Notes: generated by a model from the letters alone, not told the origin. 64,000 nucleotides of DNA from Octopus sinensis (GCF_006345805.1 NC_043021.1:6634001-6698000); one strand, 5' to 3'; shown: positions 1 through 13,414, counted from the stretch's first letter. Made by a program: numbers and translations.

Positions 1-636
1 CTATCTGACATGTTGTCTCAGTGCTTCTTAAACAAAGATTTTCCTTGTCATCTTTCTCTACTTATCTTTTTTCTTGCTCTCCATCTCTCTCTCTCTACCC
101 CTCTCGATCCCTCTCTCTCTGTCAACTACCGTTTTCAAATTGGCATTTCCTTTTCTTCATGATTGCCAACTTGAAAGGAGAAAAGGCTAGCGACACAAAG
201 TTTGTGTGTGTGTGTGCGTGTGCTTGCCTTTTTTTTGACCTTAAGTGACATTCCTGACATTCGAAGTTGAATTCTTTTCTTTAAAATATGAATTTGTCTT
301 CTCTGTGTGTATGTGTGTGGAGTTAGGGGATGTACACACACACGCGCGTTGGTTGTATATTTGTGGTTGTTTATTGTTGTAGTTAGATTTTCTTCCAAAA
401 AAAATTTCGTAATTTGATGTTTGATGTTTTCTGGAAAACGTACCATGAAAAACAAACAGGGGAGTTGTTCAACCTGCTGGAAATAGCTACACAATCTCCC
501 TCGGACTGTACCCAACACTGTTTTAAATATAGGAAGGATAAATTAGATAACGTAGTGGTGTGGCTACTCTGAACAAAAAAGGGCTGGGTGTCCTCTCCTA
601 AAGTTTGACAAAGGTACAGCTAATTAAGCAACATGT

Positions 637-819
637 GGTGCAGGAGTGGCTGTGTGGTAAGTAGCTTGTTTACCAACCACATGGTTCCGGGTTCAGTCCC
701 ACTGTGTGGCACCTTGGGCAAGTGTCTTCTATTATAGCCTCGGGCCGACCAAAACCTTGTGAGTGGATTTGGTAGACGGAAACTGAAAGAAGCCCATCGT
801 ATATATGTATATATATATA

Positions 820-860
<41 letters not shown>

Positions 861-1085
861 TGTGTGTGTTTGTGTGTCTGTGTTTGTCCCCCTAGCATTG
901 CTTGACACCCGATGCTGGTGTGTTTATGTCCCTGTTACTTAGCGGTTCGGCAAAAAGAACCGATAGAATAAGTACTGGGCTTACAAAAGGAATAAGTCCC
1001 GGGGTCGAGTTGCTCGATTAAAGGCGGTGCTCCAGCATGGCCTCAGTCAAATGACTGAAACAAGTAAAAGAGTAAGAGTAGAGTA
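637..1085 (+). mobile_element. tRNA-derived SINE family A, full length with internal (TA/TG)n
   Basis: Head GGTGCAGGAGTGGCTGTGTGG with A box and B box (GGTTCAGTCCC), CCTTGGGCAAGT CORE-like motif, internal microsatellite, tail ending (AAGAGT)n; many near-identical copies in the window. Confidence 0.9.
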
Positions 1086-1154
1086 TGTTCTCAAGATCCT
1101 TAAATAGCTTTTTTCCTACATTAGATATGTCTATGTAAATCAACATGTACGTAC

Positions 1155-1290
1155 ATCTTTTATCTTTTACTGGTTTCAGTCAAAGGCTGGGGCCATGCTG
1201 GAGCACCACCTTTCAGTATGTTTGGGTCACGTTTCTGTAAATGAGTTGAACAGAGTCGCTCTTCCTTGTGCCTCCTGCTGTGATGTGTGA
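1155..1290 (-). mobile_element. Old 3' fragment of a CR1/L2-like LINE ending in the SINE-A-type tail
   Basis: Minus strand reads TSQQEAQGRATLFNSFTET* then AAGGTGGTGCTCCAGCATGG...GACTGAAAC; 28/44 ungapped nt identity to the LINE fragment at 50284-50614. Confidence 0.6.
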
Positions 1291-1823
1291 CTTTACATTT
1301 CAGTCAGTTCGATTTCAGATCCTCATCAATTAATTGTCTCACCTTTGACTTTTCAAATCAGCTGAAAAGTTGATTTGATCCCCAGTCGTTATTGGGTGTC
1401 TCGACAACATCTGCATTTTCGTTTCCATCAGTTTAATCTCCAGACATCAGGTGTCTCATCAACATTTGTATTACATGTCAAATAGTTTGGACAGCAAAAA
1501 TGATTAAATGTCTTCTTATTGAATATTAAAACAATGCTTCATCTGAAGTAACACAGCACTAACAGTTATTATATTTTCACAATAATTCATGCCAGACATT
1601 TAAAACTTGATGTAATGTATTTTGCTTTCTGAATATTACTCCTCCTCCTCTATATTCCAATCTCACATCTATGATAATAGTGCAAAACGAAAAAAAAAAA
1701 AAGAAAAGAAAAAAATTCCAAAGAATTTTATATAAACCATCATCATTATTGTGTGCACACACACACGTACACACACAATATTATATATCTATATATCTAT
1801 ATATATATATATATTATATATAA

Positions 1824-1965
1824 ATATACTTTATTTAAAAGCAGCAGAAATTCAACAAAACCTGTTACTCGAAGTTTCACGTTCCCGTTTGTTGGATGAA
1901 CGGGAAGGTGAAACTCCAAGTAACAGGTTTTGTTGAATTTTCTGCTGCTTTTAAATAAAGCATAT
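1824..1965. repeat. Near-perfect palindrome (about 65-70 bp arms) in a (TA)n-flanked element; each arm holds a degenerate hammerhead-like motif
   Basis: CTTTATTTAAAAGCAGCAGAAA...CCCGTT (1829-1889) is the reverse complement of AACGGG...TAAATAAAG (1899-1960); centre at 1894. Confidence 0.9.
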
Positions 1966-2082
1966 TACTCTACCCCTAATATTTGAGTACTCTTTTTTCC
2001 ACCTTGTTTCACATTTATGTGTTTACTCCGGTATATATATAATATATATATATATCTATATATATATATTATATATATATAT

Positions 2083-2292
2083 AGTTAATCCAAACAAGAA
2101 AACACAGAAAAAAACACAGCAATGCGAGGACGTGGAACAATTAAAGTATTATTTGACGCTCAGGAAAGAAGGGAAGGAGGGTTTAACGTTTCGAGCGGAG
2201 CTCTTCGTCGGAAACAAGGAGGAGGAAAGATCCCGAGAAGGGAAGACAGAGGAAAAAAATATTTTTGCTGGTGGTGCTGAAGAGATCACATG

Positions 2293-2293
<1 letters not shown>
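2083..2293 (-). mobile_element. (TA)n-embedded short element with hammerhead-like motif (putative Penelope-like terminal repeat), family P1
   Basis: Homologous in reverse orientation to 19267-19475 and partly to 34259-34346; TA tracts on both sides; motif at 2181-2215. Confidence 0.65.
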
Positions 2294-2346
<53 letters not shown>

Positions 2347-2701
2347 ATATATCTATATATATATATGTATGTATGTATATATATATATATTCATATATTC
2401 CCTCATATAAATTTAGTGGTCTTGTTTCTTCTCTTCGTATGTGTGTGTGTGTAAAGTTTAGTATTTTTGTTGTTGTTTTTTTCTCTCATTATATCTGTCT
2501 CTCACTTAACTGGTTACAATGTCTGCAGAGCATGAAATACCAAACTGTTGGAGATTGGGCTGGAAAATATTCAGAAGCTGAGTGCTTATTTAACGAATGT
2601 AAATAACACTACACTGTGTGTGGTGTGTGTGTTTATATATTTTTCAGCTGGCAAAATACGTAATGGATTGCGTAACTATTATTAGTTCCACACACTTGCA
2701 T

Positions 2702-2732
<31 letters not shown>

Positions 2733-3577
2733 TGTATATATATATAATGTTAGACGTATTATATGAATTTAAATGGAATCAGGAAGCAAGCAATGTTTGA
2801 GATCCTACCACCAATCTATGTCTATTTCTGCTCTCACTTTTCCTCTCTCCAACAAATTATAACAGCATTTGGAGAGAGGGACCTGTTATGGTTGACTGAC
2901 TATCTGAAGACCCCCAAGTCTTCTCTGGGTGATCTGGCAATCCATCATAAACTACAGATTTTCTTCTCTTTTTCTTACACTAGACCTTTCTAACACAGCT
3001 CTGTATAAATCAGCAGGATTTAGTCAATAAATGATATAAGTAATGGTAATCTTTATAATGGTATTTCAAGTCAATATAATGATTGATTAAAATGGTGGAG
3101 CATCAGATAAAAACAATGTTTAGTATTTAATTACAGTTCTTCACAGTCTGGGTTCAAATCCTAAATCCTTTTGTGAGCTTTGAGCTTTACCGTCCAGCCT
3201 TTAATCAATGAAATAAAGTAGCAGCCGAGTCCAAAATTTGTAGCCTTGGAGTTGGTGTTAGAAATCGTTAATATTTTAGGTCCCCTGTTGTGTACATGTG
3301 CATGTATGCGTGAGTGGGAATGCTTGCTTTCGTGTCTTCCCTTTGTCTTGATGTGTTGACATATGCACACTGATTGTAAACAGGTCATAACTATATAAAC
3401 ATTTGTGTGACAGTGAGTTTACAATACTCTGCGAAAAGCATGTTTGGCTATTAAGCCATTTGTTCTTCAAAGGATTAGAAGAAATATTACCTTATTTGGA
3501 AAGCGGTGTGGTTGGTTTGGTGATAGAGCATCTGGCTTTGATGATTATATATCTATGTATGTGTGTATGTGTATATA

Positions 3578-3825
3578 TCATCATCGTTTAACGTCTGGTT
3601 TCCATGCTAGCATGGGTTGGACGGTTTAACTGGGGTCTGGGGAGCCAGAAGGCTGCGCCAGACCCAGTCTGATCTGGCAGTGTTTCTACAGCTGGATGCC
3701 CTTCCTAACGCCAACCACTCCGTGAGTGTAGTGGGTGCTTTTTTACGTGCCACCTGCACAGGTGCCAGACGAGGCTGGCAAACGGCCACGATCGGATGGT
3801 GCCTTTTACGTGCCACCGGCACGGG
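3578..3825 (-). mobile_element. Family B retroposon with (GAT)n tail and internal ~60 bp unit
   Basis: Reverse complement of 31787-32065, 37886-38539 and 54767-55142; (CAT)n at the left end. Confidence 0.85.
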
Positions 3826-4236
3826 ATATATAGGTAATAATTTTAAATTTGGATATACGCATGGTAGTATGCTGTTTAAAGCACATTCACTGTCTTTGGG
3901 TGCCTAATGTCATCAACAGTATGGGTACAAGTATCATTGGATTTACTTCAGGAATTTTGTTGTGTCGGTCAAATATATAACAAATGAGAGAAAGGGGAAA
4001 TGGAATTCATGTGAATCCTTACTGATCACTATGATACTTTCAACTCATTGTGTGAGTTTATTGTGCAAGGGAGCTTTTGAAAAGTCACCTGGCAAGTTGC
4101 AATATGCACAAAATAATGCACCACAGCCGGTTGTTCCAAATCTCATTTGCGAGGGACTGATGCAAGATGGGTTAAAATGATCGTAGTGATTAATAAAGAA
4201 TCTTGTGAATTCCATTTTCTCCTCTCATTTGTTATA

Positions 4237-4278
<42 letters not shown>

Positions 4279-4280
<2 letters not shown>

Positions 4281-4467
4281 CTCTTTTACATGTTTCAGTC
4301 ATTTGACTGCGGCCATGCTGGAGCACCGCCTTTAGTCGAGCAAATCGACCCCGGGACTTATTCTTTGTAAGCCCAGTACTTATTCTATCGGTCTCTTTTG
4401 TCGAACCGTTAAGTGGTGGGGACGTAAACACACCAGCATCGGTTGTCAAGCAATGCTAGGGGTACAA

Positions 4468-4498
<31 letters not shown>

Positions 4499-4670
4499 CA
4501 TACATATATACGACAGGTTTCTTTCAGTTTCCGTCTACCAAATCCACTCACAAGGCTTTGGTCGGCCCGGGGCTATAGCAGAAGACACTTGCCCAAGATG
4601 CCACGCAGTGGGACTGAACTCGGGACCATGTGGTTGGTTAGCAAGCTACTTACCACATAGCCACTCCTGC
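4279..4670 (-). mobile_element. SINE family A
   Basis: Reverse complement of the 637-1085 copy. Confidence 0.9.
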
Positions 4671-5117
4671 TGTATATATATATTTGTGTGTGTGTGGGTA
4701 TGAGAGAGAAAGAGAGCTTGAGTAGTCTTGCTTTAAAACTCCAAGACAGTTTGCTGACATGATGAACTAATTATTGCATGTAGCTATATAAATATACAAT
4801 CTGTGTGGAGTCTGGCTAAGCTGGGGTTTAATGAAGTCCTTCTAGGTCAGAATTGCATTCCTTTCTCCTCGCGGGACATTTACACATGTGTAAACTGGTG
4901 AATCATTTCACAGTGAGACTGTACATGTATTTTTAAATGAAAATATCTCCTGTCATTTCCCTTTAGCTCTTTCATTAACCTTACACTCTTCATCTGTGTA
5001 CGCTGTCTCCCAACACATCATTTATGCAAAGAAGGGCTTGTATCTGTAACAACTGAACTTCTCTTTGGCTCATCATCATCATCATGGGAAATACTTTATC
5101 CTGTTTTATGAATTTTA

Positions 5118-5575
5118 TTAACCCTTTAGCATTTAATCCTTTCGTATTCAGATTATTTTATAAAATGTAATGTTTTTTTCATTGACATTGTTTATAATTA
5201 ATCATGCTTTATTTTATAACTATAAAGTTTTCATGATGAGATTGTGTATTTCTAGAATGGCATTGAAGGATAAGCGTGATAGGTTGGATCTGACTAGTTA
5301 AAACATAAAGCAGGTAGAATATTTGGGCTGGATATGACCTGTTTAAATACTAAAGGGTTAAACCAGCAATATCCAACCAGCCTAAATATTCTGCTTGTTT
5401 TTTGTTCAAACTAGCCAGATCTTGCTTCTCACACCTATCCGAGAATGTTATTCAAAAAAATAAATGCTCTTATCATAGAAACCTCAAAGCTACAAGATAA
5501 TTCATGATTAATTCAAATTGATCTGAATAAATAAGCACTACATTTAACAGACTAATCTGAATACGAAAGGGTTAA
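5118..5575. mobile_element. Nested TTAA (piggyBac-type) MITEs, family C inside family C
   Basis: TTAA-CCCTTT...AAAGGG-TTAA ends; inner copy 5133-5361 sits in the internal TTAA of the outer copy, in opposite orientation. Confidence 0.75.
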
Positions 5576-7224
5576 TTAAGTTATCTACTAAGCACTATAA
5601 ATATTTGTCCTATTTGTTGGTTGCTTATATCAGTTACCAGACCAATGAACCAAGCTGGATATTATACAAGGACTTTGACAGGCACTTAGAAACTTAGCCT
5701 TGGTTACACTTGGATATTAACAGGCTCCTGTGAACTTGGTATTAGTTACATTTGTATTTTGAGAGGCTGATGGTTCTAATTATTACGTTGGCAAATATGA
5801 TAAAGTCTATATTGGGTTTAATGTGGTCATTGTTTGACTGAAATATGTCTAGAGTTGCTTCATAGTTTCTGATATAACAGAAATATTTGTCACAAGTTTG
5901 ATATTACTCCATTGTCCCCCACTTATGGATATATTTCTTTTATAATCACAATGGCTTAATACTGACTAGTTGATGGATTTTACTTCGACAAAGTTCAATG
6001 GATTGAGTCAGGTCATGTGAACTCTGTTAATGAAATGAGGACTAAAGTACTTAAAGTAGTTGACCCAAACACATTTTTTTATCAGTTAAAATTACATCTA
6101 CAACGAAGAGGAAAACCATTAATTGCTGTCAAGAAAGGCAAGGGTGATAACTCTGAAATTTCATTCATCTTAGCCTCATCTCTTTTAAGGTGGGTTCTGA
6201 AGTTTAATTAGATGATTTTAAAAGAAAATATCTATTATTTAGTCAGATTGTTCTCTTCCTCTCTCCGTCTGTGTCTCTCCCCCTCCCCTGCTCTTCGGTG
6301 AGGTTAGATACCATTAATAACCAAGTTTTGTTAGTATTGTTGTTAATGGTGATTCATCCATTATCTTTGTTTCATCTCAATCTGTCTGGTACCCACCTAA
6401 CTTACTCCAATCTCTTCTATCCACATCTCCCTCTCTCCCTCTCTCTCTTTCTCTCTATCTTTGTCTCTTTAATACTTTTTCAGAGATTTATATCTTTATT
6501 CATTAAATTGCAGTGTGTCTTTATCTAATTGTAATTTGCTTCATACACATGTCATCTTAATTATCATCTATGCAAAACTATGCAAAGGCAATCTGCTGGC
6601 ATCTTGCCTATTCATGTTTACTTGTAAACACAGGCCGTGCTACAGCATGGAAGTACACTCTAGTGATTAAATAGTTGATAGCCACTCTACTGTAACTGCT
6701 ACTGTGTATTATAGGATGACTGTGCAAACATTGAACTCAAATTTTATTTACTTTCAGAATAAAAATTGGAATTTAAATCTATATTTATATTTTAATGATG
6801 GTAGTAAACCGAAACTAAACTGCAATAATTCTTTGTAGTTTTGGCACAAGTCCAGTACTTTCGAGGGGGAAGAGGGCAATCGATTATGTTGACCTTGGAA
6901 TTTAACTGGTACTTCATTTTATTGACCCTCAAAAGGACGTTTTTTTAATGAAATACACTACCTGAATGTTATGAGTTTGTTCTTATATGAGCCTTGGGTT
7001 GATCAAAGTCTTTAGGATTGAAATAAGTCGGTGGGAAATGTGATGAAGGGTGGTAAACTTAAATCCCTCATTATTTTCAAAATTAATTGGAAAAAAGGTA
7101 GCACATTTCAATAGAAATTTTTTTGAACAATAGGGTTAAAATAATTAAGAATATACAGCTATTTGGATCAGTAATCAACTTTATCATTAAACTTGTGTTT
7201 GGAATGTAGCTAAACGTAAATGTA

Positions 7225-7660
7225 TATGTTGACATATTAATATGTTATATTAACAATATTTGTTGGCAGAAAAAACAGTATATCTTTTACTTCTTTCGGT
7301 CATTAGACCGTGGCCATGCTGGAGCACCACCTTGTTGATATATTAGCATTATATATTGGCATATTAACAGTATATGAGTATATTAACATTATGTTGGCAC
7401 ATTTGCAGTATGTACTAGCGTATTAATATATATTGGTATAGTGACGATATATGCTCACCATATTACCAATATTGGTTCCTTTATTGATAATATAGTGACA
7501 CTAACATGTTGCTATATTGACAATATATGTTGGCATATTAACAATATATAGTGACATATTAAGATTTGTTGGCCATATTGCCAATATATGTTGGTATATT
7601 AACAATATGTGTTGTCATTAACAAAATATATTGTCATATTAACAATATATTTTGACACAA
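7225..7660. repeat. Degenerate ~20 bp minisatellite (CATATTAACAATATATGTTG-like)
   Basis: Recurring ATATTAACAATAT / GTTGGCATATT motifs. Confidence 0.55.
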
Positions 7661-8173
7661 CTCAATAAAAGAGTTTCTTATATAAAATTTTGATGGAAAA
7701 TTCAATATCAGACCCAAATATTCTTTCTGTTTGATGTTCAAACTGGCCAGATCTAGCCTATCATGCCTACCTCACAAAGTAAACAATCACACATCATCAA
7801 AATCTCAAATCTACAAGATAATGCATGATAAATTCAAAACGATGATAATAAACAGGCATTGCTTTTGACAGAATAATCTCAACGCTACAAGGTTAAATAT
7901 AAAATCTTTTGGAGACTCTGCTGGTTTTTTTATTTTTTTTTTTATCATGGAATTAACTAGAGGTAGGTTTTGGTCACATCGTTTTTAATTAATCGTGTAT
8001 TATTTTGTGGCTTCAAAATTATGATGATGTAATTTAAAATTTTATAATAACAGAGACGGGTGGATGTAAAAGGCTGGATCTGGCTGGCTACAAGCTAAAA
8101 CAGATAGCAGCATATTTGGGCCGGATAGGGTCAGTTTAAATGCTAAAGGGTTTATATGTTGTAATAGAAAGGG

Positions 8174-8405
8174 TTAACCCTTTAGCATTCAGATTACTCT
8201 GTCAAATGTAAAGCCTGTTTAATCACATTGTTTTAAATTAATTGTACAGCATCTTGTAACTCTGAGATTTTGATGATGTCTCTGTTTATTTTTAGAATGA
8301 CTTTGTAGGGTAGGTGTGAGAGGTCAGAGCTGGCTGGCTGGTTTGAGCATAAAACAGGAAGACAATTTTGGCCTGGTATGGCCGGTTTAAACACTAAAGG
8401 GTTAA
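8174..8405 (-). mobile_element. TTAA MITE family C (~230 bp, piggyBac-type ends)
   Basis: TTAACCCTTTAGCATTCAGA...CACTAAAGGGTTAA. Other copies near 7705-7895, 7960-8153, 11597-11823, 27717-27948, 35290-35447, 45081-45308, 47938-48164, 57809-58035, 58071-58290, 59002-59228, 62578-62777 (approximate ends). Confidence 0.85.
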
Positions 8406-9835
8406 GAATAGTAGTTTTTGTTCATTCGGATGTTCCAAAGTAGAAAACTGATTTGCTAATTGACTTTTTGTTTTTCTTCCTTAAATGTTTTTATGCTTGT
8501 CTAGAACTGTTGAAGGGGTTACATCAGTGTTTTTAAAAATGGGTGGGTGGGTGAGGGATAAGTTGATTCCGAATGAGCTACAAGTAAGTAACAAGTGAAT
8601 AAAAACTTGTTATAAAGTTTTAATTAAAACATCTTTTATAAACTGTCATATAGAATGTTCTGTTCATGGTGGGGGCACAGCTTTTTTTTTTTTTTTTTAT
8701 TGAAGTGGGTTGTGGGACAAAAGGTTGTAAAAACACAAGGACTTGTAAATAAATATTATGGGTATCTTGCTTGTGAAAGTGGTTGTTGTGAATCTGCATT
8801 GGGATGGGGGAGGTCTCAAAATGAGTTAAGTGAGGTCTGTTTGGGGTGTTTGAGAGAAGGAATGTACAAAATTACACTGGAGGAAGATAACTTCTCTTTA
8901 GTTTGTGGAATGATGTTTAAGTTGATATGCTGCTGATGAGGGAAGGAGGCAAGAATCTTTTTAAATGTTTGCTGGAAAATATCAGTATCTTCCATCTCCC
9001 AATGGTAAATTTATCCAAAGTTGTGAATTTTACTCAGTGACCTCTGCCAACACAGACTAAAAACCATTGCTAGTTTGCTTGAACTGACAAGTGAGCCTCT
9101 ATGTGGTTGCTCAACATGCCAAAAATAGCAGTCAGGTCTTCCACAAATCGCACCCCATCCTTTTAAAAAAGTGCTTATTGGGGACTTTGGTTCTGGGTTT
9201 GCTGCATATACTTATCCTCAACTTGGGGCTCTAAACAGCCACCACCACCACCACCACCACAACTGCTATAAATTTCCTCACACTCTGGTTTTTAATATCT
9301 TTCATTGAATCTTTATGCCTGCCCATCTTGTAAAATCTTGAATGACTGATAAAAGAGCTTTTCAGAAAGGAGGTTACTAGGTTTAATTAATTATGCTGAT
9401 TAAACTAAAAGATGTAATTGAATTTTGAAGAAATTGTGGAAAGGAAATTGTTTTGGCATTATCATTTTTTTGTTCAGTTTGTACTCTCTGTTGTGGATAT
9501 TGTATTTCTTGTAGATGGCATTATAATAAGGGGCCCTAAAAACCAAAAAAAATAAGAATAGCTAAATCTAAATAAAACTAGGCCACTGGGGGAGCTTTTA
9601 TATGGCCACTCAGCCAAACAGTCAAATGTTTTCCTCAAATCATAGTAGCCATTTCAGAATAATAGACAAGTAAAACTCTAAATAATGTTCACCCTGGATG
9701 AGCAGCTAATTAGGAGTGGAGGTGGTGTCAGAATGACGAGGACTGCCATGTCTTTGATCAAAGGTCTGCTTGATTTGGGGCTGACCTTGGGCTAAAGAGC
9801 AGCATCAAAAGCTGTACAAAATACTTCTTGCAGAA

Positions 9836-10064
9836 GGCGAGCTTGCAGAAACGTTAGCACACCGGGCGAAATGCGTAGCTGGATTTCGTCTGCCGTTAAC
9901 ATTCTGAGTTCAAATTCCGCTGAGGTCGACTTTGCCTTTCATCCTTTCAGGGTCGATAAATTAAGTACCAGTTACGCAATGGGGTCGATGTAATCGACTT
10001 AATCCGTTTGTCTGTCCTTGTTTGTCCCACTCTGTGTTTAGCCCCTTGTGGGTAGTAAAGAAAT
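9836..10064 (+). mobile_element. tRNA-derived SINE family D
   Basis: Head with B box GAGTTCAAATTCC; central GCCTTTCATCCTTTCAGGGTCGATAAATTAAGTACCAG, which resembles the Nin-type SINE domain as I recall it. Reverse copy at 17632-17863; degenerate copies near 23375-23545, 55415-55612, 57458-57645. Confidence 0.75.
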
Positions 10065-10545
10065 GAGTAAGTAGGTTACTGTCTGTACACACACACACCA
10101 CAAACATATGCAGTTCTTTTCGTGGTTGTAGTTATTGGATTGTGACCATGCTGGTGCCCTGCATTTAGGGGTTTAACATGTTCGTATCAACCCAAGCGTA
10201 TGCATCTGTTAGCCGTTCCTATTTACCAAACCTGCAAGTTGCAGAACATGAAGGAATGCAAAATAAACAACAGCGCCGACGACGCACAAAAAGGCTCTCC
10301 AGAGTTACTGCCTACCAAATTCCATTAGCAAAGTATTGTACCACCCAAAAGGCTTTGGTAGAAAGAAGACTCCCAAGCTACCATGCGGTTGCTAGGCAAA
10401 CTTTTATCCACACGGCCATGCCTTATACATACATTGTGTAAGTGAGTGTGTATACGCATGCATTCAGATATATATATGCATACATATATATATATATATA
10501 TTATATATATATATATATACATACATACATATATGTGTATGTGTA

Positions 10546-10576
<31 letters not shown>

Positions 10577-11825
10577 ATTATATATATATATATACATACA
10601 TACATATATATATTATATATATATATACATACAGACATATCTACGTACACAGGCATGTTTGTGTTATAAATACCCAGAAGCTGATTAGTTGCAAGTAGTG
10701 ACTGCTGGTATCTACCCTCCCCCCCCACTGCCCCCCCCACTGCCCCCCCCCCAACACATTTCCTTCCTAAATGGTTTCTATGTTACTAAACATATAAATA
10801 CTACAGCAAATATTATCACAGAGCACAAGTTAAGATAGATAGTAGCTGACAGTAGAAAGTTAGCTTCTAGTGAGAAAGAAAATATGTGGCAGAATTTAGG
10901 CTGTGTAGTAGTCGGGTGGTGTTGTGTACAGACTGAATATAGGAGGAGTGGTGGTCATGTTGAATAACACCAAGCTGATGCTGATTCAGTAAAGGCATCT
11001 ATAATCAAAGGTGTTCCAACTACGACGATGATTGCATCGCTTACTCAGTGTATGTTTCCTTTTAAGATGATATGGCGTAATACGAAGAAGATTTGGTTGC
11101 TATTTCTAGCAAATCAAGCAGCCACATAAAGGTTTCTTCATTGGCTTGTCATAGATAGGAAATAAGTCATTTAGCCTGGGTCAGCCGTGGCTTTGCAAAT
11201 CAATGGTCAAATGCTTTCCAGCTTTAACCAATTAATTGCTGTAATCCCTGTCTTTTTTTAAGATAGAGATAATTGTTAGTTGCTATTTCTTGCTGGTCAA
11301 GTGACTACGTAGAGGCTCCTGAGTTAGTTGCTTGCATTTTTGATATCTGATCAGTCAGGAGCTGCAGCCCATCATAGGATGGGTAACCACCTCTCTTGTT
11401 ATTGCCATTTTTCACAGTAATGCCCTAGTACTTCTCCAAGGTGCTGGCTTTTGGCTGGGTGTATGGAGATCTTCGGGTTGCCCAGATGCTAGAATCCCAC
11501 CTCTTCTCAGCCTCGTGTTAGATCATGTATGAGTAATTCAAAACAATGTGAATAAATAAGCATTACATTTGACAGAGAAATCTGAATGTTAAAGGGTTAA
11601 CCCTTTACCACTGAAACCGGTCATGCCAGGCCCATTATTCTACCTGTTTTATATTCAAACTGGCATGGTCCAGCCTCTCGCACCTACCCTACAATATCAT
11701 TTTAAGCATAAACAGTCATGCCATCAGAATCTCAAAGCTTGAAGATGATGTAGAATTAATACAAAGTAACGTGAATAAATACGCATTACATTTGACAGAA
11801 TAATCTAAACACTAAATGGTTACAT

Positions 11826-12279
11826 TTAACCCTTTCGTTACTGTATTTATTTTGAGATGCTCTGTATTTCTTTCAGTTATTTTAACCCTTTAGTGTTCAC
11901 ATTATTCTACCAAAATTAATGCTTCTTTATCCACATTGTTTTGAACTAATCATGCATTATCTTGTAGCTATGAGATTTTGATGAGGTAGCTGTTAATTTT
12001 TAAAACGATATTGTAGGGTTGGTGTGAGAGACCTGATCTGGCCAGTTTGAACATAAAACAGGCAGAATACTTTTGGCCGGATATGGCCAGTTTAAATGCT
12101 AAAGGGTTAAATATAACGAAGAATTTAGTAAAATAACTTTGTCATCATTACACTAGTGTTAAGAACATAAATTACGAGTAAGGTTTAGTGGAAGATTTTA
12201 ATTCAAAACTTATGAAAATGAGATATTTGTACTACAGAGCCAGAGCCGGTTTCAACCGGGTTGGTATCAAAAGGGTTAA
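11826..12279. mobile_element. TTAA MITE family E with a family C copy nested at its internal TTAA
   Basis: Outer TTAACCCTTTCGTTAC...AAAAGGGTTAA; inner element 11882-12110 bounded by duplicated TTAA. Confidence 0.85.
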
Positions 12280-12643
12280 ATAAGGAAAGCTAAACACGAT
12301 CTCTTGTTTTACTGATTCCTTGGACTGTGACTGTACTGAAGTTGTGTAATAAAACACCTCAGGCTAATTTATCTCATAATCTGCTGCTATCTATCCACCA
12401 TGTTGTTGGCTTTTTTTTACAAAATTATTATTTTTTTGTAGCAAACTTTTGACTTACTCCGTATTGATTGTTGCAGATGGCTGACCTACTTCGTCTGTCA
12501 CCTCACAACATCTGTTATTTTATTTAAAAACAAAAAAAAAAAACAACAACTTACAGATTGTTTCAGGTTTTTCAGCTCTACCCATTAAGACCAGACTGGA
12601 GCATTGCCTGCAAAATATACTTTGAATGATTTTTTTTTGCATA

Positions 12644-13026
12644 GGTGTAGGCGTGGCTGTGTGGTAAGTTTTACTGCCAAACCACATGGTTCCAGGTTCA
12701 GTCCCACTGCGTGGCACCTTGGACAAGTGTCTTCCACTATAGCCTTGGACCAGTCAAAGCCTTTTGAGTGGGTTTGGTTGATGGAAACTGAAAGAAGCCC
12801 ATCATTTATATATGTGTGTGTGTGTGTGTGTTTATCTCTCCCACCACTACTTGACAACCAGTGTTGGTATGTTTAAGTCTCCATAACTTAGCAGTTTGGC
12901 AAAAGATACCAATAGAATAAGCACCAGACTTAAAAAGAAAATAAATGCTGGGTTGATTAAATTGGCTAAAATTCTTCAAGGTGATGCTCCAGCATGGCCA
13001 CAGTCTAATGACTGAAACAAGACAGA
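12644..13026 (+). mobile_element. SINE family A, older subfamily
   Basis: Same head, body and tail as 637-1085 with more divergence; similar copies near 14205-14575, 32240-32632, 36425-36790 (-), 59613-60005. Confidence 0.8.
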
Positions 13027-13414
13027 AAATAATAATGATGTTGTAACAAATGTTAAATAATAGCAGGTTGTGATTTGAGGGCCCATGTGGCTGCTGTTTC
13101 TTGCAGGTCAAGTAAGCCCCAGTACGATAACCAGCCTCATCATCCTCAGACATGATATAAAAGCCATTGTTATAGGTTAATGTTTCTTAATGTTGAAAGC
13201 ATTCAATGTTGCTACTCTCAGTGCCAGAACAATTATTTCGATATTTATAGTAAGGCTCTTTTCTGCTTATCTGCTGGGTAGAATAGTCTGTATTGCAAAC
13301 GCGTCTGTAATATAGCGATGGTGCTTTCAATTCACTCAATCTCTCTCTCTTCTCTCTCTCTCTCTCTCTATTTATTGATCCACCTACCTACCAACCTACC
13401 TGCCTATCTAGTCG

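Noticed and set aside
8541-8557. G-quadruplex GGGTGGGTGGGTGAGGG (also G/C-runs near 10716-10752 and 28600-28625)
   Set aside because: Fits the pattern, but such runs are common in simple-repeat-rich introns and nothing supports function.
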